64,000 nt of DNA from NCBI GenBank assembly GCA_963693365.1, contig CAVNZM010000005.1:1860001-1924000 (forward strand). Direction: 5' to 3'. The notes under the pieces were generated by a model, which was not told the origin of the DNA, searched no databases, and saw nothing but the letters and a program-made list of their open reading frames with translations. This document shows, in pieces, positions 43,345 through 57,793 of this stretch. Each line of letters begins with the position of its first letter. Within the stretch, counting starts at the first letter, position 1. Source of the DNA: Amoebidium appalachense. Taxonomy: Eukaryota; Protista; Ichthyosporea. The position numbers and the translations under genes are program-made.

Positions 43345-45431
43345 AAAGAAAAAAAAAGCCAGTGCTGCATGATCCCCATAAACTCTGTAGTGATCACGAC
43401 AATAAAAGTGATAACAATTTGAAATGTTGATTGGCTAAGTGTAAGGATCAGTGGCTCACTCGATTACGTAACCGGAGAACAGGTATTTGAGAAATGAATA
43501 AATGTTCTAAAAAATGAACTCAGCTCTTCTTTTTCGCATAAGGGCAATACATATGTATATTTTGGTATTGCTCACTAAGTTACACAGGAATTGTGAGCGG
43601 CTTGTCAAGTTGTAACAACCTCGGAGCTCCTGAAAGAAGCAATTTGCCCCCGTCGAGCACATGCTGCCACGCGTCCCCAAAATCCAATCAACAAAACCGA
43701 GATATGTAGGGAGCTTGGGATAGGAATGTGCTAGTAGTCCACCAAGATGCATAAAGATGCCACGCTGAATTTATAAAGTATCATCATACAGTACTTTATC
43801 TTTGACTCGAACATGTGAAAGAAAGCACCCATTTCAGTTTGTAAACCAAAGCCTAATATTCTCCACGCACAGAAACACGTGACCAATAGAAAGTGCTGGC
43901 CAAAAATACCCTATCTGCAAGCACCACAAATAGTTATATATTCCTACTAATGATTGGTATAAATCAAACAAGCCTTTAATTGGCTGAGGCTCAGGAAAGC
44001 TCAGGAACACAGTACTTGTCAAGTTGTCGTTGAGTAAAAGGCACACTATATGATTAAACACATACATACATTATAAGACACAAATGTATCATATATACGC
44101 GCTTAAATAGAGGCCGGTGTGTATCAGAAGGCCTTACATACGTTGCTGCTGATTTGTTCCACTGCGTGCACCGGGCCAACGCTGTACAGAGCTCTCTCAA
44201 AGGCTAGCAGAAGCAGGAAACATATTTACACTACTCTTTGTTGTAGCCAATGGAAGCAAACCGATCAGACACTTTGACAAATGTTTACCAGCCCTATAAC
44301 CGACTTATTCATCTGATGATCTGGGTTGTATGACATCTCAACAACATTGATGTAAATTAAAAAAAAGTTATAGATCTATGTTGAGTAAATGAATTATCAG
44401 CAGATAGCTTCATGGTTTTTATTCATTTATGGCGTGCAGGTAGCTTGGATGGTATCAATAGTTAGCGGGTGCACGCGGCAGTGGCGCCTCAGACCGGCCG
44501 CAACCACACCGGTCGCTGGTCGGTTATTAGGTTGGATAGAAATCTTGTGCTCTGTATATAAAACCTTGCGAGCTTGCGCCCGCCCGGAACACACAGGTTT
44601 CTGCGTTCGTTTTAAGGTGAGGAGACGATTCAGTTACAGAGAAACTACAAACGTGTACTTCAAGCGCCTCGATTCCGAAAGAAGTGAGTCGCTTTTTCTC
44701 TAAAACGTCCCGTCTTGACGCTTATCTCATCACTTTCCATAATTTACTGCTTCGGAGACGGGTGCAACACCTGGGTGTGTGTGTGCTGTAGGAAAAGCAC
44801 CTGTACACCGGTGCCCTCTGAACCAAATGAATGGACCACCCGGACTTCTTTTTTAATTCCTGGACTGATACATGTCTATCAAGAGAATTCGTTGATTGAT
44901 GCCCAAATGCATCTTTTCCTTCGCAGGGTTGTTAGAAGTGGTTTCCTGGCTCGCATTGGTATCTTTCAGGGGCCTTAACTCCACAATGACATGCAAACAC
45001 TTTCATTCCCGTGAAGCGACTCGAGACGATGTTCGCCATATTATTTTGTCTACTACCATCACATTAGTTCTGGTCTATATGAAAACCCTTTTTTCTACTC
45101 TAAGAAAGGCACTCTATTGTCTATGCTTGCACAGGCAGAAATTCAAGTGACGGTGAACGGCTGTAAATATCTCCTTTCTTGAACAGTGTTGATTGTGAAT
45201 GATTGGAAGGAAGGTCTGTCTACCACAGTTGAGGCAATCTGACCATTCTACCAGAAATGGGCTTCCAGTGAAATGCATTGGCATATGCATATGTTCTTCA
45301 CAGTTAGCTCACGAAAGTTTAAATTTCATTTAGTTAGCGAAATTCCATGCATGCGGAGGGAGGTGCGATTATTTTCCTTGATTCGCGTTACGATGATGAC
45401 TTCAAACTACTATTATCTTAATGTGGGCTTC

Positions 45432-45560
<129 letters not shown>

Positions 45561-45802
45561 ACGCACAAACACACACAAAACATACACAACACACACAACA
45601 CCCAAAGAAAAGCACACACAAACACATCTGAAACACGCACTGATGCTGAAACATACTGCCATGCTGTGAAAGGTATTCGTTTGCTTTACTCTTGCAGAGG
45701 CACCCTCACATGGCAGACACACACCATACCTCCCCCAGAAGTTATCAAAGAAACTAGAACTTTAACCATCACTCACGTTTTCCTCCCCTCACAGCCAAGA
45801 AG

Positions 45803-45973
45803 ATGTTGACTACAGCCACTCTTGCACTCCTTTGTGCCGCTGGCTGCTATGCAGCAACGGTGTCCAGCAAGGAGCACATGCCCGGGGGTGCTGTGGAGCT
45901 CGACCCAACAGATGAGGGGGTGGTGAAGGCGGCACATGCCGCCCTGCTGGAGATGAACATGAGGTGTGTGTGT

Positions 45974-46019
<46 letters not shown>

Positions 46020-47256
46020 TGTGTGTGTCTGTGTGTGTGTGTGTGATATGGAGCTGGTTTGTGTGTGTGAATCAGCTCCAGTTTTCCAGTGACCTTACCC
46101 CCTCCCCCCTCCCCCAATCTCCCCCCCAAAAAGAAAGACTGAGAAAGGAAAGGAAAATAAAAAAAAGAAAGGAAGAAAGAAAAGAGAGAAGAAAAACGAA
46201 TCGGGGCTAAAAAAGGAGGGGGGGGGGGGGGGGGGGGGGGGACGGAATACGAAAGAAGTTAAACGAAGAAGAAAGAGAACTTCGAGAACGAACAGTAAAA
46301 AAAGATATAAGTGAAATAAGTCTTCCTTCTTTCTTTGGTAGAACCGCAGCGGCTGCCACCCTGCAACCCTTGCACTCTTCACTCTGAGGTGTTTCAAGGT
46401 TCTTTGACTGACTTCTCTCCGCTTCTCCCCCCCCCCCCCCCCCCACCCCCCACCCCCCCACCCCCCCCCACCCCCCCCCCCCCCACCCCCTCCTTCCCCC
46501 CCCCCTTCCCCCAAATAATCCCTTGCCCCTTTGCCCCTCCATCCCCTTTCCACATCCCCCCCTCCCCCCCCCGGCCCCCCTCCTCCTCCTCCTCCCCCCC
46601 CCCCCCCAAAAAAAAAAACAAAAAAAAAAACACGCCATGCATGGCACACACACACACCTCAGGAGCAACTCCCGGCACCAGATGGTGCTCTATGATGTTG
46701 TGCAGGCCAGCAGCCAGGTGGTGCAGGGCACGAGGTACCACATTGCCCTGTCGGCCGCCCTCAGTGGCTGCGACAAGAGCGAGACCGTCAGGACCATACA
46801 GGAGTGCCCCATGACCGTGCGTGCCTCATGCCTCTCTCCCAATCCTCAAAGTTATACCTTTCCTTGCACGGTTACGTTTTATCATCATGTAATATTAGCT
46901 GCCTGTGTGAGAACCTCCCCGCCCGCATCCCCCTCCCCCCCCCCCCCCCCCCCCCCACTCCTTCCCCCCTTCCCCCATCAGAACATTCACTTGTGTGCGA
47001 GACTTAACTGGCAATGGCCCCCTCATTGCTGCAGGACGGGGAGGTGCCCATCACCTACAGTGTTGACGTGTGGTTCAAGCCTTGGGAGGCCCAGCAGTAC
47101 CAGCTGGTCGACTTCCACCTGCACGACAGCCTGTTTGATGCCCCCATCCCCTCGGGGGAGAACAAGCACAAGCATGCAGAGGCAGTGGGTGACGACGGAA
47201 ACGTGGTTGGCGCCGCATCAGAGGTGTGTGCACGTGGCATGGGTTGAAAAATCAGA

Positions 47257-47296
<40 letters not shown>

Positions 47297-47414
47297 GGGG
47301 GAGGTTGGGAGGGGGGGGGGTGGGGGGTGGGAGGGGGGCGGGGGGAGGGGATTGGAGTAGGAGTGTGGATCAATGTAGTTTGCTTTTTTTCAATATTAAA
47401 TATGGAGGAAGGTT

Positions 47415-47481
<67 letters not shown>

Positions 47482-47509
47482 TGTATGCTTGTTTTTCTGT
47501 GTATGTATG

Positions 47510-47566
<57 letters not shown>

Positions 47567-48245
47567 GGGGGGGGGGAGGGGGAGGGGGCGTGGGTGGCAG
47601 CACTCACGAACGAAGGTTGGGGGAATAACATGGCCAGTAAGTGAGGGCGAGAGGTTTGCCATTGGGTTGAAAGAAAGGGCCGTTTATGTCTCTTTAGGCA
47701 ATTTTGCACCCTCCCTTCCCCCTTCTCGTTCTCCTCTTCGTCCCTCCCCCTAGTTTGTGTGTGTGCGAGCGCTCGTGTGTAGGAGTGTGTGTGTGTGTGT
47801 GTGCGGGCGGGCGTGCAAGGTATGCTTTCACACGCCAATGAGCTCCTTTCTCACCATCTCAACCCCCCTCTGGTCTGCAGGTTGACGTCACCAAGGACGA
47901 GTATGCCCGGCAGGGGCTGGACTTCGGGCTCAGCCAGCTGGACATGGGCAGCCAGGAGATGCTGAGGGGATACAGGGTGGTCAGGGCCACACAGCAGGTA
48001 TGCTTATCATGTCATGTTGCCGTGTAGATCCAAAAAACACATTCAGAGTGCACATGCAAATGGGGGTAGGTATTATGCTCATTTGTGCACACTGAACACG
48101 AAACATGCACATGTAGATCCACAGAGAGTCAGGGTGTGTCCCCACGCATTTGCAATAAACACCGTGCAGAAGACAGTGTAGTCCGTCGACATGTACTTGC
48201 TGTCAGCCATGCTGCCTTCCTGCACACGCATACCTTCACTAAGCC

Positions 48246-48298
<53 letters not shown>

Positions 48299-49333
48299 TT
48301 GCAAATGCAGACACTGACACTCTGGTATGTGCAGGTTGTGTCGGGGGTCAAGTACAGCTACACGCTGGAGACTGCAGGCATGCAGTTTGTGCTGGAGGTG
48401 CAGCACCAGGCATGGATGCCCCAGCAGTGGACATTGCTGCGCTTCGAGGTCCTGCGCACAAACACTGAAAATAAGGTATGGGGGGGATGGGTTGGCCTGT
48501 TGTTGGTCGTGGTTGTAGGTGGAGGGGGAGGGTGGAGGGGGAGGGGAGGGAGGGAATGGGGAAGAATGGGTGTGGAGGAGGGGTTGGGGTGGTGGGGGGA
48601 GGGGGGACCACGGGTGAGGGCGGTGCGGGGGGGAGGGGGGAGAGGGGGAAGAGGGGAGAACAGGGGGGATGGTCAGGACCTCGCATTGGTGGGTTTGGAA
48701 ATGAGGAACACATTGAATGCTGTAATCCTTAAAGCTGGTGGATTTTAAGTTCAAGGGAGTTTCCGGATTCTTCAAAAGTTGAAACGTGTGCGTGTGTGCT
48801 GTTGCTTTGTGGCTCTCTTTCTCTCTCCCTTCCTCCCTCTCTCCCTCCCTCTCTCCCTCCCTGTGTCCCTCTCTCCCTCCCTCCCTCCCTCCCTCCCTCC
48901 CTCTCCCATCCCTTCTCTCCCCCCCCCCCACCCCCTCTCCCTTCCTCTTCCCCCTCTCTGTGTCCCCATGGCTCTCGCCCCTCCCCCCCCACCCACCCTT
49001 GCTACGTTCAATCCCCCTACCTCCCACTTGCCCTATTTCTGATTCTTTTCTCTCTTCTCGCCCCCTCCCCCTCCCCCTCCCCCACCCTCCCCCCAACCGA
49101 CGTTATATGCCATTCTTTTTGTCTCTACCTCTCTCGTACCGTCCAATACTAATGTAAAGGAGGGGTGTGTGTGGGGGGGGGGGGGGGGGGGGTTGCTGAG
49201 GTGTTGGGTGGTGTGCCCAAATGAGGAACATATATATCTTCTTTGCTACACCTTACTGACTTTTCCTAACCCACCTCATCCTAAAAGGACCCCTTAAACC
49301 GGCAAATCCACAAACAAAGGCACACACACACAT

Positions 49334-49423
<90 letters not shown>

Positions 49424-50026
49424 CACACAACAGGCATACCCCCTGCGTGACCCCGTGAGCCCTGCCGTGTGGGTGGTGGTTGGGGCCCTGGCTGCCGTTG
49501 CTTCCGTGTCCGCTGCAACTGTCGTCTACAAGGTACAATAGAGCCCCTCCATGAAAAACAAAATCAGCAGCAACACATGTAACACATGCACATGCACAGT
49601 TCACATGATTGCACAGCGGTGCAGCACACACAGTGCCACATACACAGCATCTGCACTACTCTTTCCCCCTCTACAATGCAATCTAGGGAACTCAGGTTGG
49701 CTACAGAAAAGGGGGGGGGGGGGGAGGGGCTAATGATTATTAGTAGAAGAAAGAAGAAAAAGGAACGTACAGAAAGAAAGTTGACTCGAAACGAAGGAAA
49801 GAAGGAAAGCGGTTTGACTCGGAGCACGGAGAGAAAGCATCGACATAGTTAGCCCCCCCTCCCCTCCCCCCACCCCCCCACCCCCCCATCGCACATGCAT
49901 CCCAAGCACACCATGGCCCATCACACAACTACAGCAACTAAAGGGCTTCACTAACACACCTCTCTCTGCTCGCAGGTTGCCAACAGAAACACAATTGCTG
50001 AAGAGGCTACCCACCTCATGCAGTAG
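45803..50026 (+). CDS. Two-domain cystatin with signal peptide, C-terminal transmembrane helix and short tail (7 exons)
   Basis: Exons 45803-45963, 46663-46816, 47035-47223, 47881-47997, 48335-48475, 49434-49532 and 49976-50026, all GT-AG and phase-compatible. Domain 1: MPGG, QVVQG, KPW. Domain 2: VVGA, QVVSG, QAW. TM segment AVWVVVGALAAVASVSAATVVY; tail KVANRNTIAEEATHLMQ. Confidence 0.88.
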
Positions 50027-51366
50027 AACTAGATTGCCCTTTAGGGCAGCTCCGCACCTGTATTTTAATCCTGCCAAATTACAAGAAGGTATTAAGTGTT
50101 GTCTTTTTACCCAGTGCTGAAAAACGTTTCCAAGATTTTGAATGAACGAGCTTTACCGTTAGATCGCATGTTTGTGTGTTTGTGTTGAGTTTTTCAAGTA
50201 AGAAGGTTGATCCCGGGCACAAACATGTGGCACAGTGTAGCCACTGTTAGTGCGCAATAGGAAGCATGCACGTACGTGCAATAGGCATGCATCCGCGTTC
50301 CTGATATCGATGCTGTCAGGCCTTAGAAGTAGGCAACACATGTGAAGGTGAATATAATGACTTTTTTTGGCTAGGTAACGAAGCAAAATAGGTAGTAGGT
50401 GATGTGCTGTTAAAGAATTCTAGAAGGGACAGGCCTGTCTCCTGTAATGTACATAGCGTGCATGCCATAGTTGTATAGAGGAGATGTATAGCGTGTCTGA
50501 CCCAGGGAACTCGATCGGGTCTGTACTCCAGTGTCACGGTGCTACATATTGTACATGTCACAAGCATGGCATTAGCGCCAAGAAACTGTGCAAATAAACC
50601 GGACCCGTAATATCAGGTAATCAAAGTAGCATGTTACCGATACTATGAGTACACAGTACACTCTCCTCCGTCCCCCTCAAAACCCACCCACACGGAAAAC
50701 GCCTAGTTTGCCAGATGCAAGCGTGCATGCATTCTCTGGATTCCCTCCCTCCCTAGGCACTAGGGCGCTGAGGCATAGAACTAGGTGATATATTAAATTA
50801 AAGTTGATACTGTGAGGAGCAAAACTCATAAAAACCAGTTCAACCCTTCCGAGACTGAGGGCTAAGATATGAAGATGGTCTGTGCTCCACATTGTTTTTG
50901 ACCTCTCATCCTACACTGGCTCATGCTGGCTCCGTCATCTGTGCAAAGTCTCTCAAGTAGTTTTATCCATCTATCCAAGCTGCTCCCCCCTCCTCCCCTC
51001 CCCCCCCTTCCCCCCTCCCCCCCTCCCCTCCCCAAAACACACGCACACGCACACACATACACACACACGCACAACGACCACTACCACCAACCACCACCAC
51101 CACCACCACCATCCCCCACCCTTCTCCATATGGCGGTATGCCTTACCTCAGGGGCTCAGTGCTTCTCCTAATCCGCCCTGCTGGCCCCAAAACTCTTTCC
51201 TGTTGCCGTCTGCAAAAGTACCCGGGTGACACACACACGTGCACTGTCAGCTGGGTGTTGTTCTCCCCCCTCCCCCCCCCCCCCCCCCCCCCTCCCCACC
51301 CGGCACCACCACCACCACCGGAACCACCATCACCCACACACATGCATACACACACCGTGACACACA

Positions 51367-51404
<38 letters not shown>

Positions 51405-52665
51405 CACACAAGCCCCCCCTCCCCTCCCCCCCCCCCCTCCGGTCTCCCCCCCCCCCCCCCCCCGTCTCCCCCCCCCCCCCCCCCCCAATGCCCCCCTAAA
51501 AAAATGGATGGGAGGAGAGGGGGGGGGGGGGGGAGGGGGGGAGGGAAGGGGGGGGGGGAGGGGGGGGGGGGGGGGGAGGAGGAGGAGGGGAGGGGAGAGG
51601 GTTGTGTGACCAGTTTGGTCAAAGTTTCCGGACTCAGGTGAATGGCAAACCGTATAGTAGGTACATAACGCACCATGATATCGATTGGCTACTCAAAGTA
51701 TGTAATATCGACCATGAAAAATAAATTGAATCAGTAGTGCTTGAAACACGCAAATCGTCGCTGTTGGGACTGAGGATGCATTGTGCGCACATTACCCACT
51801 TCTAAAAAATTTGAGGTTCCCAACCCCGATAAAGACTCGGTGCAACGTGGCAACAAGTGAGCCATGTTCGCTTTCTTTTTCACTTTCTTGCAGTTGTGCA
51901 CCGTTAGCTTTTCACCTACTGTACTACAGGAATCGGGTCAATAAAACCAGTATGCAATTCATGTGAGAATTGATGATCTTTTTTTCAAAGGGTGCGAAGG
52001 TACTTTTAGCATGCAGCCTGGCCGCAAGCGACGGTCCACCAGTGCAATTGTCAACTGTTGGATTAAAACGTTCACATATATATCCTTCGCCTGTGGCACC
52101 TCCCCCCCCCCCCCCCCCCTGTGGAGTCCGGCCGCCGTCCAGGCCCAGACTCGCACACAGCTCTAGAATTTTCACTGCACGCCAAAGTTTGCACGCCAAA
52201 AAATGTGAGAACTTGACAACTTTAAATTTCACGCTATCTATGTAATATCTGGTAGGACAAACTAGAAACAATTTCTTCTTTTCACTGAATGTACACAACT
52301 ACGCATGTAGTTTCCTCCATAAAACATGCCAGCTCATGAGGATTAAATATTCTTTTCACTAAGCACTTCCCCTACACTCGCTCACTTTCTTCATGTTGAA
52401 CTTCTATGAATAGCATCAGCAAGTCTACATAGTCTCAAAAAATCCACGTCTAACAAGCTAGCTGAACGGCGGTGAGGCCGGGGAGTGGCCGGGCTCGCAT
52501 ATTGGCAATATATACTTAGGCAAGTTCACATGGTAGGGGAAATAGGCCGCCAAATAAAAGGAATACTGGTGTCCTATTTGGCGATCAAAAAGGGCACGTG
52601 TCCTCATATGCAAATATCGGAGGGGAGGGGGGGAGAGGTCTGGATGGAGGAGGAAAGAGTGGGGA

Positions 52666-52700
<35 letters not shown>

Positions 52701-53096
52701 AGGGGGGGGGGGGGGGGGGGGGGGGGGGGGAATAGGAGAGGCACAGAAGGGGAAGGGGGGGGGTAGGGAGGGGGGGGGGGGGGAGGGGGAGAGAGAGAGG
52801 AAGGGGCAGAGAGTGGAAGAGCTCTCGAGGAAAGGGGATAAAATAGAGGGAGGGGCAGAGAGCATGTATTACCCAAACTAATAAAAAGACGTCTCCGACC
52901 TTTTAGCCAAATTCTGGAATTTGGCAGGGCACCGGGCTACCTCCAATGCATAAAAAGTATATTATAATTATAATTAATGCACACGACGGTAACAAAACGA
53001 ATAAAAAATTTAATTATTACATGAGGAGGGGGGGGGGGGGGGGAGATAGAGAGAGAAAGAAAGAGAGAGGGGGGGGGAGGGGGGGAGAGGGGGGGG

Positions 53097-53137
<41 letters not shown>

Positions 53138-53243
53138 ACCCCCTCATCCCAGCTCCCCTCCGCCTCCCCCTCCCCGCCAACCCTCCCCCCTCTCCCCCAA
53201 ATCATTGAAGTTGGATACAGGGACTTTGATATGCCACTAGCAG

Positions 53244-53294
<51 letters not shown>

Positions 53295-53303
53295 GCGCGC
53301 GCG

Positions 53304-53396
<93 letters not shown>

Positions 53397-53482
53397 ACAC
53401 ACACCGTGACACACACACACGCGCTCGCGCGCGCGTGCGTACACGCACATGCACACACACACACACACACACACACAAACTG

Positions 53483-53518
<36 letters not shown>

Positions 53519-53539
53519 ACACACGCGCGCGCGCGCGCA

Positions 53540-53601
<62 letters not shown>

Positions 53602-54622
53602 CACACTAACAACACTCACACGAATTACACAAGCTGCACACACACAACAGATTTCTGTAGTAGTAGTAATGCACACATCATTGAATAGTGCGGTCAAGTT
53701 CAAATTGGTCGTACGTATGAGTTGAGTCTCGGTGGGTAGCTCTGCTTCCCGATTAGTATGGCTGAGATTGTCTAAGCATATGTATACTTACAAGTAGGAC
53801 CGTGTGTAGGCACATTCCACCTGTAGGAAGAAACGAGTCACAGCACCTAGCACGACAAAAAAACCCCCCACCCACGCCTTCTGGAAAGTAGAGTGCAACC
53901 CACTGACAACACGAAGATAGACAAATAGCAACCGCCACCACACTACACGATATGGGATACCAAACGCACTCACCACCCCAAACCCCACAGTCCCCGGGCC
54001 ACAATACGTTAGACCCCCCTCAAAAAACAGGGGAGATTCGTACTCGGGCCCCCTAAGTCTTTGAACTATCAGACTTGTGAAATTTAGCACAAGTCCCCTA
54101 GTCGTTCTGTAAATTTAAATTTAGTCCCATCGTTCTGCCATGCCTGTTTGACGGGCTCAGTCTAGAAAGAAGGTATAATAATAGGCCTCCTGGGGCCGGT
54201 ACCCACGAAAAGGGAGCGGCGCTCAGTGACCAGTTAATAAAACTTCATCTGATTCGTGTAGGTATTACTGGTAGTGGCACGTTGTGTTCTTATGTCACAC
54301 ATCATCCTGCATGAGGTATTAGTAGGGAGATCTAGAGCCAAGTGAAAGACGGCAGCCAATGAGGTAAAAAGGGATTTTTTCCCCCAGAAATAAACATCGA
54401 TGCACACGCACATCAAAGCACACCTGCAGCATGTCACGCGCACCCACACGCACACACACAGTGACACCAAACAAACACACACACACACGCGTGTACACAA
54501 ATACACACGCACACACCACACACACACACACACGTGCACACACACACACGTGCACACACACGCACGCACACACGCGCGTACACACACGCACACGCACACA
54601 CACACACGCACACGCACACACA

Positions 54623-54655
<33 letters not shown>

Positions 54656-54812
54656 GCGCACGCACACACAAAACACACACACACACACACACACAAACAC
54701 ACACAAAACACACACTGGCAAAGGCTTTGTTTTCCTGGCCCTGGAGAGATGCGGGCCCCCCGGGAAAGAGAGGGGGGAGGGGGGGGGAGGGGATAGGAGA
54801 GGTATGGTCAAG

Positions 54813-54848
<36 letters not shown>

Positions 54849-56899
54849 ATAAAGGTGCCGCGGAGTCATCCGTGTCACGGCACGCAGAAAAACGGAAAAA
54901 ACTGGTGAACAGACACAGTTGCATACATGAGCACACACATCTGTATATGCACCAATAAATTAGACATCCGTATAATTTCATTCATCCATATCGATATTCC
55001 TACTTTTTTTTTTAATTTCCTTATAAAAATGTTCAAGCACCATGATCGATCCAATCATTGCGGCGGCAGGGCAACCAGCAGGGCCGCAGAGGGGCAAAAA
55101 CACACCGAGGCTTTTCTGATGCTTTTACCCTCCTCAAATAGATCTCTACATGTTCTACTTAATGATCAAGCGACAATAATACCACCAAGGCAAGCAAAAA
55201 CGAGCAGCCTAATGCGAAAGAAGAGATCAGGGTTGGATCTTTTTGTTAAAGGGTTTGTTAATACTAAACCACTTGCAATGGACTGAAAATAGGCATGCAT
55301 GTGACACGTGCATTGAATTTGCGGGCGCCGTCGCTTTGTTGATCCGGTTGCGATCACGAGTAGAGCGTTCATGAAAAGGTTTTTTATTGGTTGGTTCCGT
55401 ATGTGTCTATCTCGTTTGACGATTATATATATTTCTATATCACGTGCATCGTGTCTGATTATATATATAAGTCGTCGTCTGCCGCAGGTGTCCAAAAATA
55501 TATATTCCTTTTCATTATTATGGGATACATCGATTTGATAGCTTATTTTTTTGTGACAAAAAGATAAACCATTAACGTCACGGTAATAAACAATTGCAGG
55601 CCTATGGTCCTGCGTTTTTGCAGATTTCCTTCAATTTGTTTCTCGCAATTGCATAGTTATCTAATCTGCTTTCGGCTGCTTTTGTCAGAGAAGAGGGGCA
55701 AAAATTACGTAACGTGGCTCGCCACCACGGCCATACATGCGGCGCACTTACGCAGATTAGGGTGTGAAATTTGTGCTTTGGACAGAGGTCATGTCAGTAG
55801 TTTTCCCCAGGCTAGACTGCCCTTTGGGGCCACCAGCATTTTTTTCTATCAAATACTCTACCCTACCTATGAGTAATATGAATGGCCTAAGCTCAAAATT
55901 TAAGGAAACGCTTTGGACTTCCAGGGACGCAATGTCAAGGCCACAAGCCGTATGTTTTATAATTTCACAGCCTGGATCAGCCGAAGCGCGCCACAAAACA
56001 ACCGCCAAAAAAACGGTCGGAATTAGAATTTCAGCGACAACCAGCTTCGGAACAAATGGCCCAACAAATGCTGCGGTTTGTTGCTTATATATGTGGTCGG
56101 CTGTAGTATGATATATGTAAAAACAAAAGCGGTTCCTGAGCCTTGAAATATATAATCCTGCGTTTTTTTTCAAACTTCAACTTCACCGTGACTCAAAAAC
56201 CGAGATTTGTACCGGCTCGCATGCTGATTGGTTAGTATCCCGCCAGGGCGTCATTTGATTGGCTTAATGCGACAAGGAGGGGGGGCGATCAGTTTCTGAC
56301 AAGGCTACTTACTATCCACCAGAGCAGAGAATTCAAAAAATATAGTATTGAATGAGCTTGCTGCTTTCAGGGGTGTTTTATATATTGAATAAAAACCATA
56401 CAGTATAATATGGGCCAGCTTCTAGATCATCTTGTGCTTTATAACCAATAGTTGTCCGGCAGATGCTTCTCCAAAGCCGACGGCAATCTCCGGGGAATCC
56501 ATTTGCACCAGTCAGCTCGTGACAGCCTTCCATAAGTCTACAAAGCCTATACCCATCCATTACAGGATGGCTTTTGATGCCGCGATGGCAATTCTATGGT
56601 CCACAGCCGTTCGAAGCTACAGTGTTCTGATATCCATTTAAACGTTTAAGAACCAATCATGTATTAGTTTCTGTTTTAATATTGTATAATATTCACATTT
56701 ATCATGTATAGCTGCTAGCGTTGTTTCGTCGTGTTCAAGCTTGTGGCACTTGAACGTAGAAACAGCCAAAGTAAGGGCGGGCACATTTCCATCGTCATTT
56801 CCCCTCTTTATTGAAAGCCTACGTTTGGCCGTAAGGATTCTGCGTTTTGTTACTTCTCTATTAGTTTAGGTGTTTCTAAGACGTCTTTTTTTCCTGCGA

Positions 56900-57793
56900 A
56901 TGGCCCCCTCTGTCTCCTATTCTGCTCCACAGCTGGACGCGCAGCAGGTTGTTGAGTCGGTCAGTGACTGGCGTGGTGCTTACTCTAAGACGAATAGCAC
57001 AAACAACAGCCCAAAAACATGGCATGACCAGGAACTTGACTCGTCCCTTTCTCAGCCCAAAACAACGGATTCGCCGATAGTTTGCGACTCAGTGGAGGTC
57101 CCTTTCACGGCTGATAATGAAGATGATAGCGGTGTCATTTTGGCGCCTCCACGCCTCATTCCCAACCGTGTTCGCAACGCAAACATGGTCCCCATCCGCT
57201 ACTACGTCCACAAATCCCCTCGGGAGACGTACAGTTTTGCACGCGTGAAGGCTCTTTGGGATACGCCTGTGGTTGTAAACAAGGGTACCCCACCCCGTAC
57301 CCCTCTCCAGAGCCAGCACCTCGTCCATCATTGCCGTCACTGCTACCAAGCCATGCAGGTAGACAGCGAAGGGGAGCGAGGGTTCTTCGGTTTCTCGCAG
57401 GGTCATTTTTCACAGGGCAGCCCCTTTCTGTACAGCAACCAGTCTTACTTTCAGCATTTCTGGCAGTCGAACGAGCACAGCGTGCACAACCCCTTCTGCA
57501 GTGGTGACCCTTCTCTGGTAACTCCAGCCAGTGTGAGTGAGGACAATGCAGGCACATCGGAAATTTCTTCAGAAAGGAATTGCGGGCAGGAGACACGTAT
57601 GGATACCTCAAGTGCACCGACGCCAACTGTAGAAGCTGTTGGTGCTGACGATCGGTCTGAATCCATGTCGAGCATGACCTTCGAAAGTTCGGATGTAACC
57701 ATGAAGATGGCGGATGTTGAGGCGAACAATGAGAATGTGTTGAATGGCTTCTTCATGCCCGTGGTCCCGAGCACTGTGGATGTCTGCTCGTAG
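56900..57793 (+). CDS. Intronless hypothetical protein (297 aa, Ser/Thr/acidic-rich, largely disordered)
   Basis: Long non-repetitive ORF with ATG at 56900 and a central HHCRHC motif. No family recognised. Confidence 0.65.
   Translation: MAPSVSYSAPQLDAQQVVESVSDWRGAYSKTNSTNNSPKTWHDQELDSSLSQPKTTDSPIVCDSVEVPFTADNEDDSGVILAPPRLIPNRVRNANMVPIRYYVHKSPRETYSFARVKALWDTPVVVNKGTPPRTPLQSQHLVHHCRHCYQAMQVDSEGERGFFGFSQGHFSQGSPFLYSNQSYFQHFWQSNEHSVHNPFCSGDPSLVTPASVSEDNAGTSEISSERNCGQETRMDTSSAPTPTVEAVGADDRSESMSSMTFESSDVTMKMADVEANNENVLNGFFMPVVPSTVDVCS

Noticed and set aside
55600-56640. Short ORFs in a non-repetitive AT-rich stretch
   Set aside because: Overlapping short ORFs on both strands lack family motifs and cannot be distinguished from decayed or non-coding DNA.
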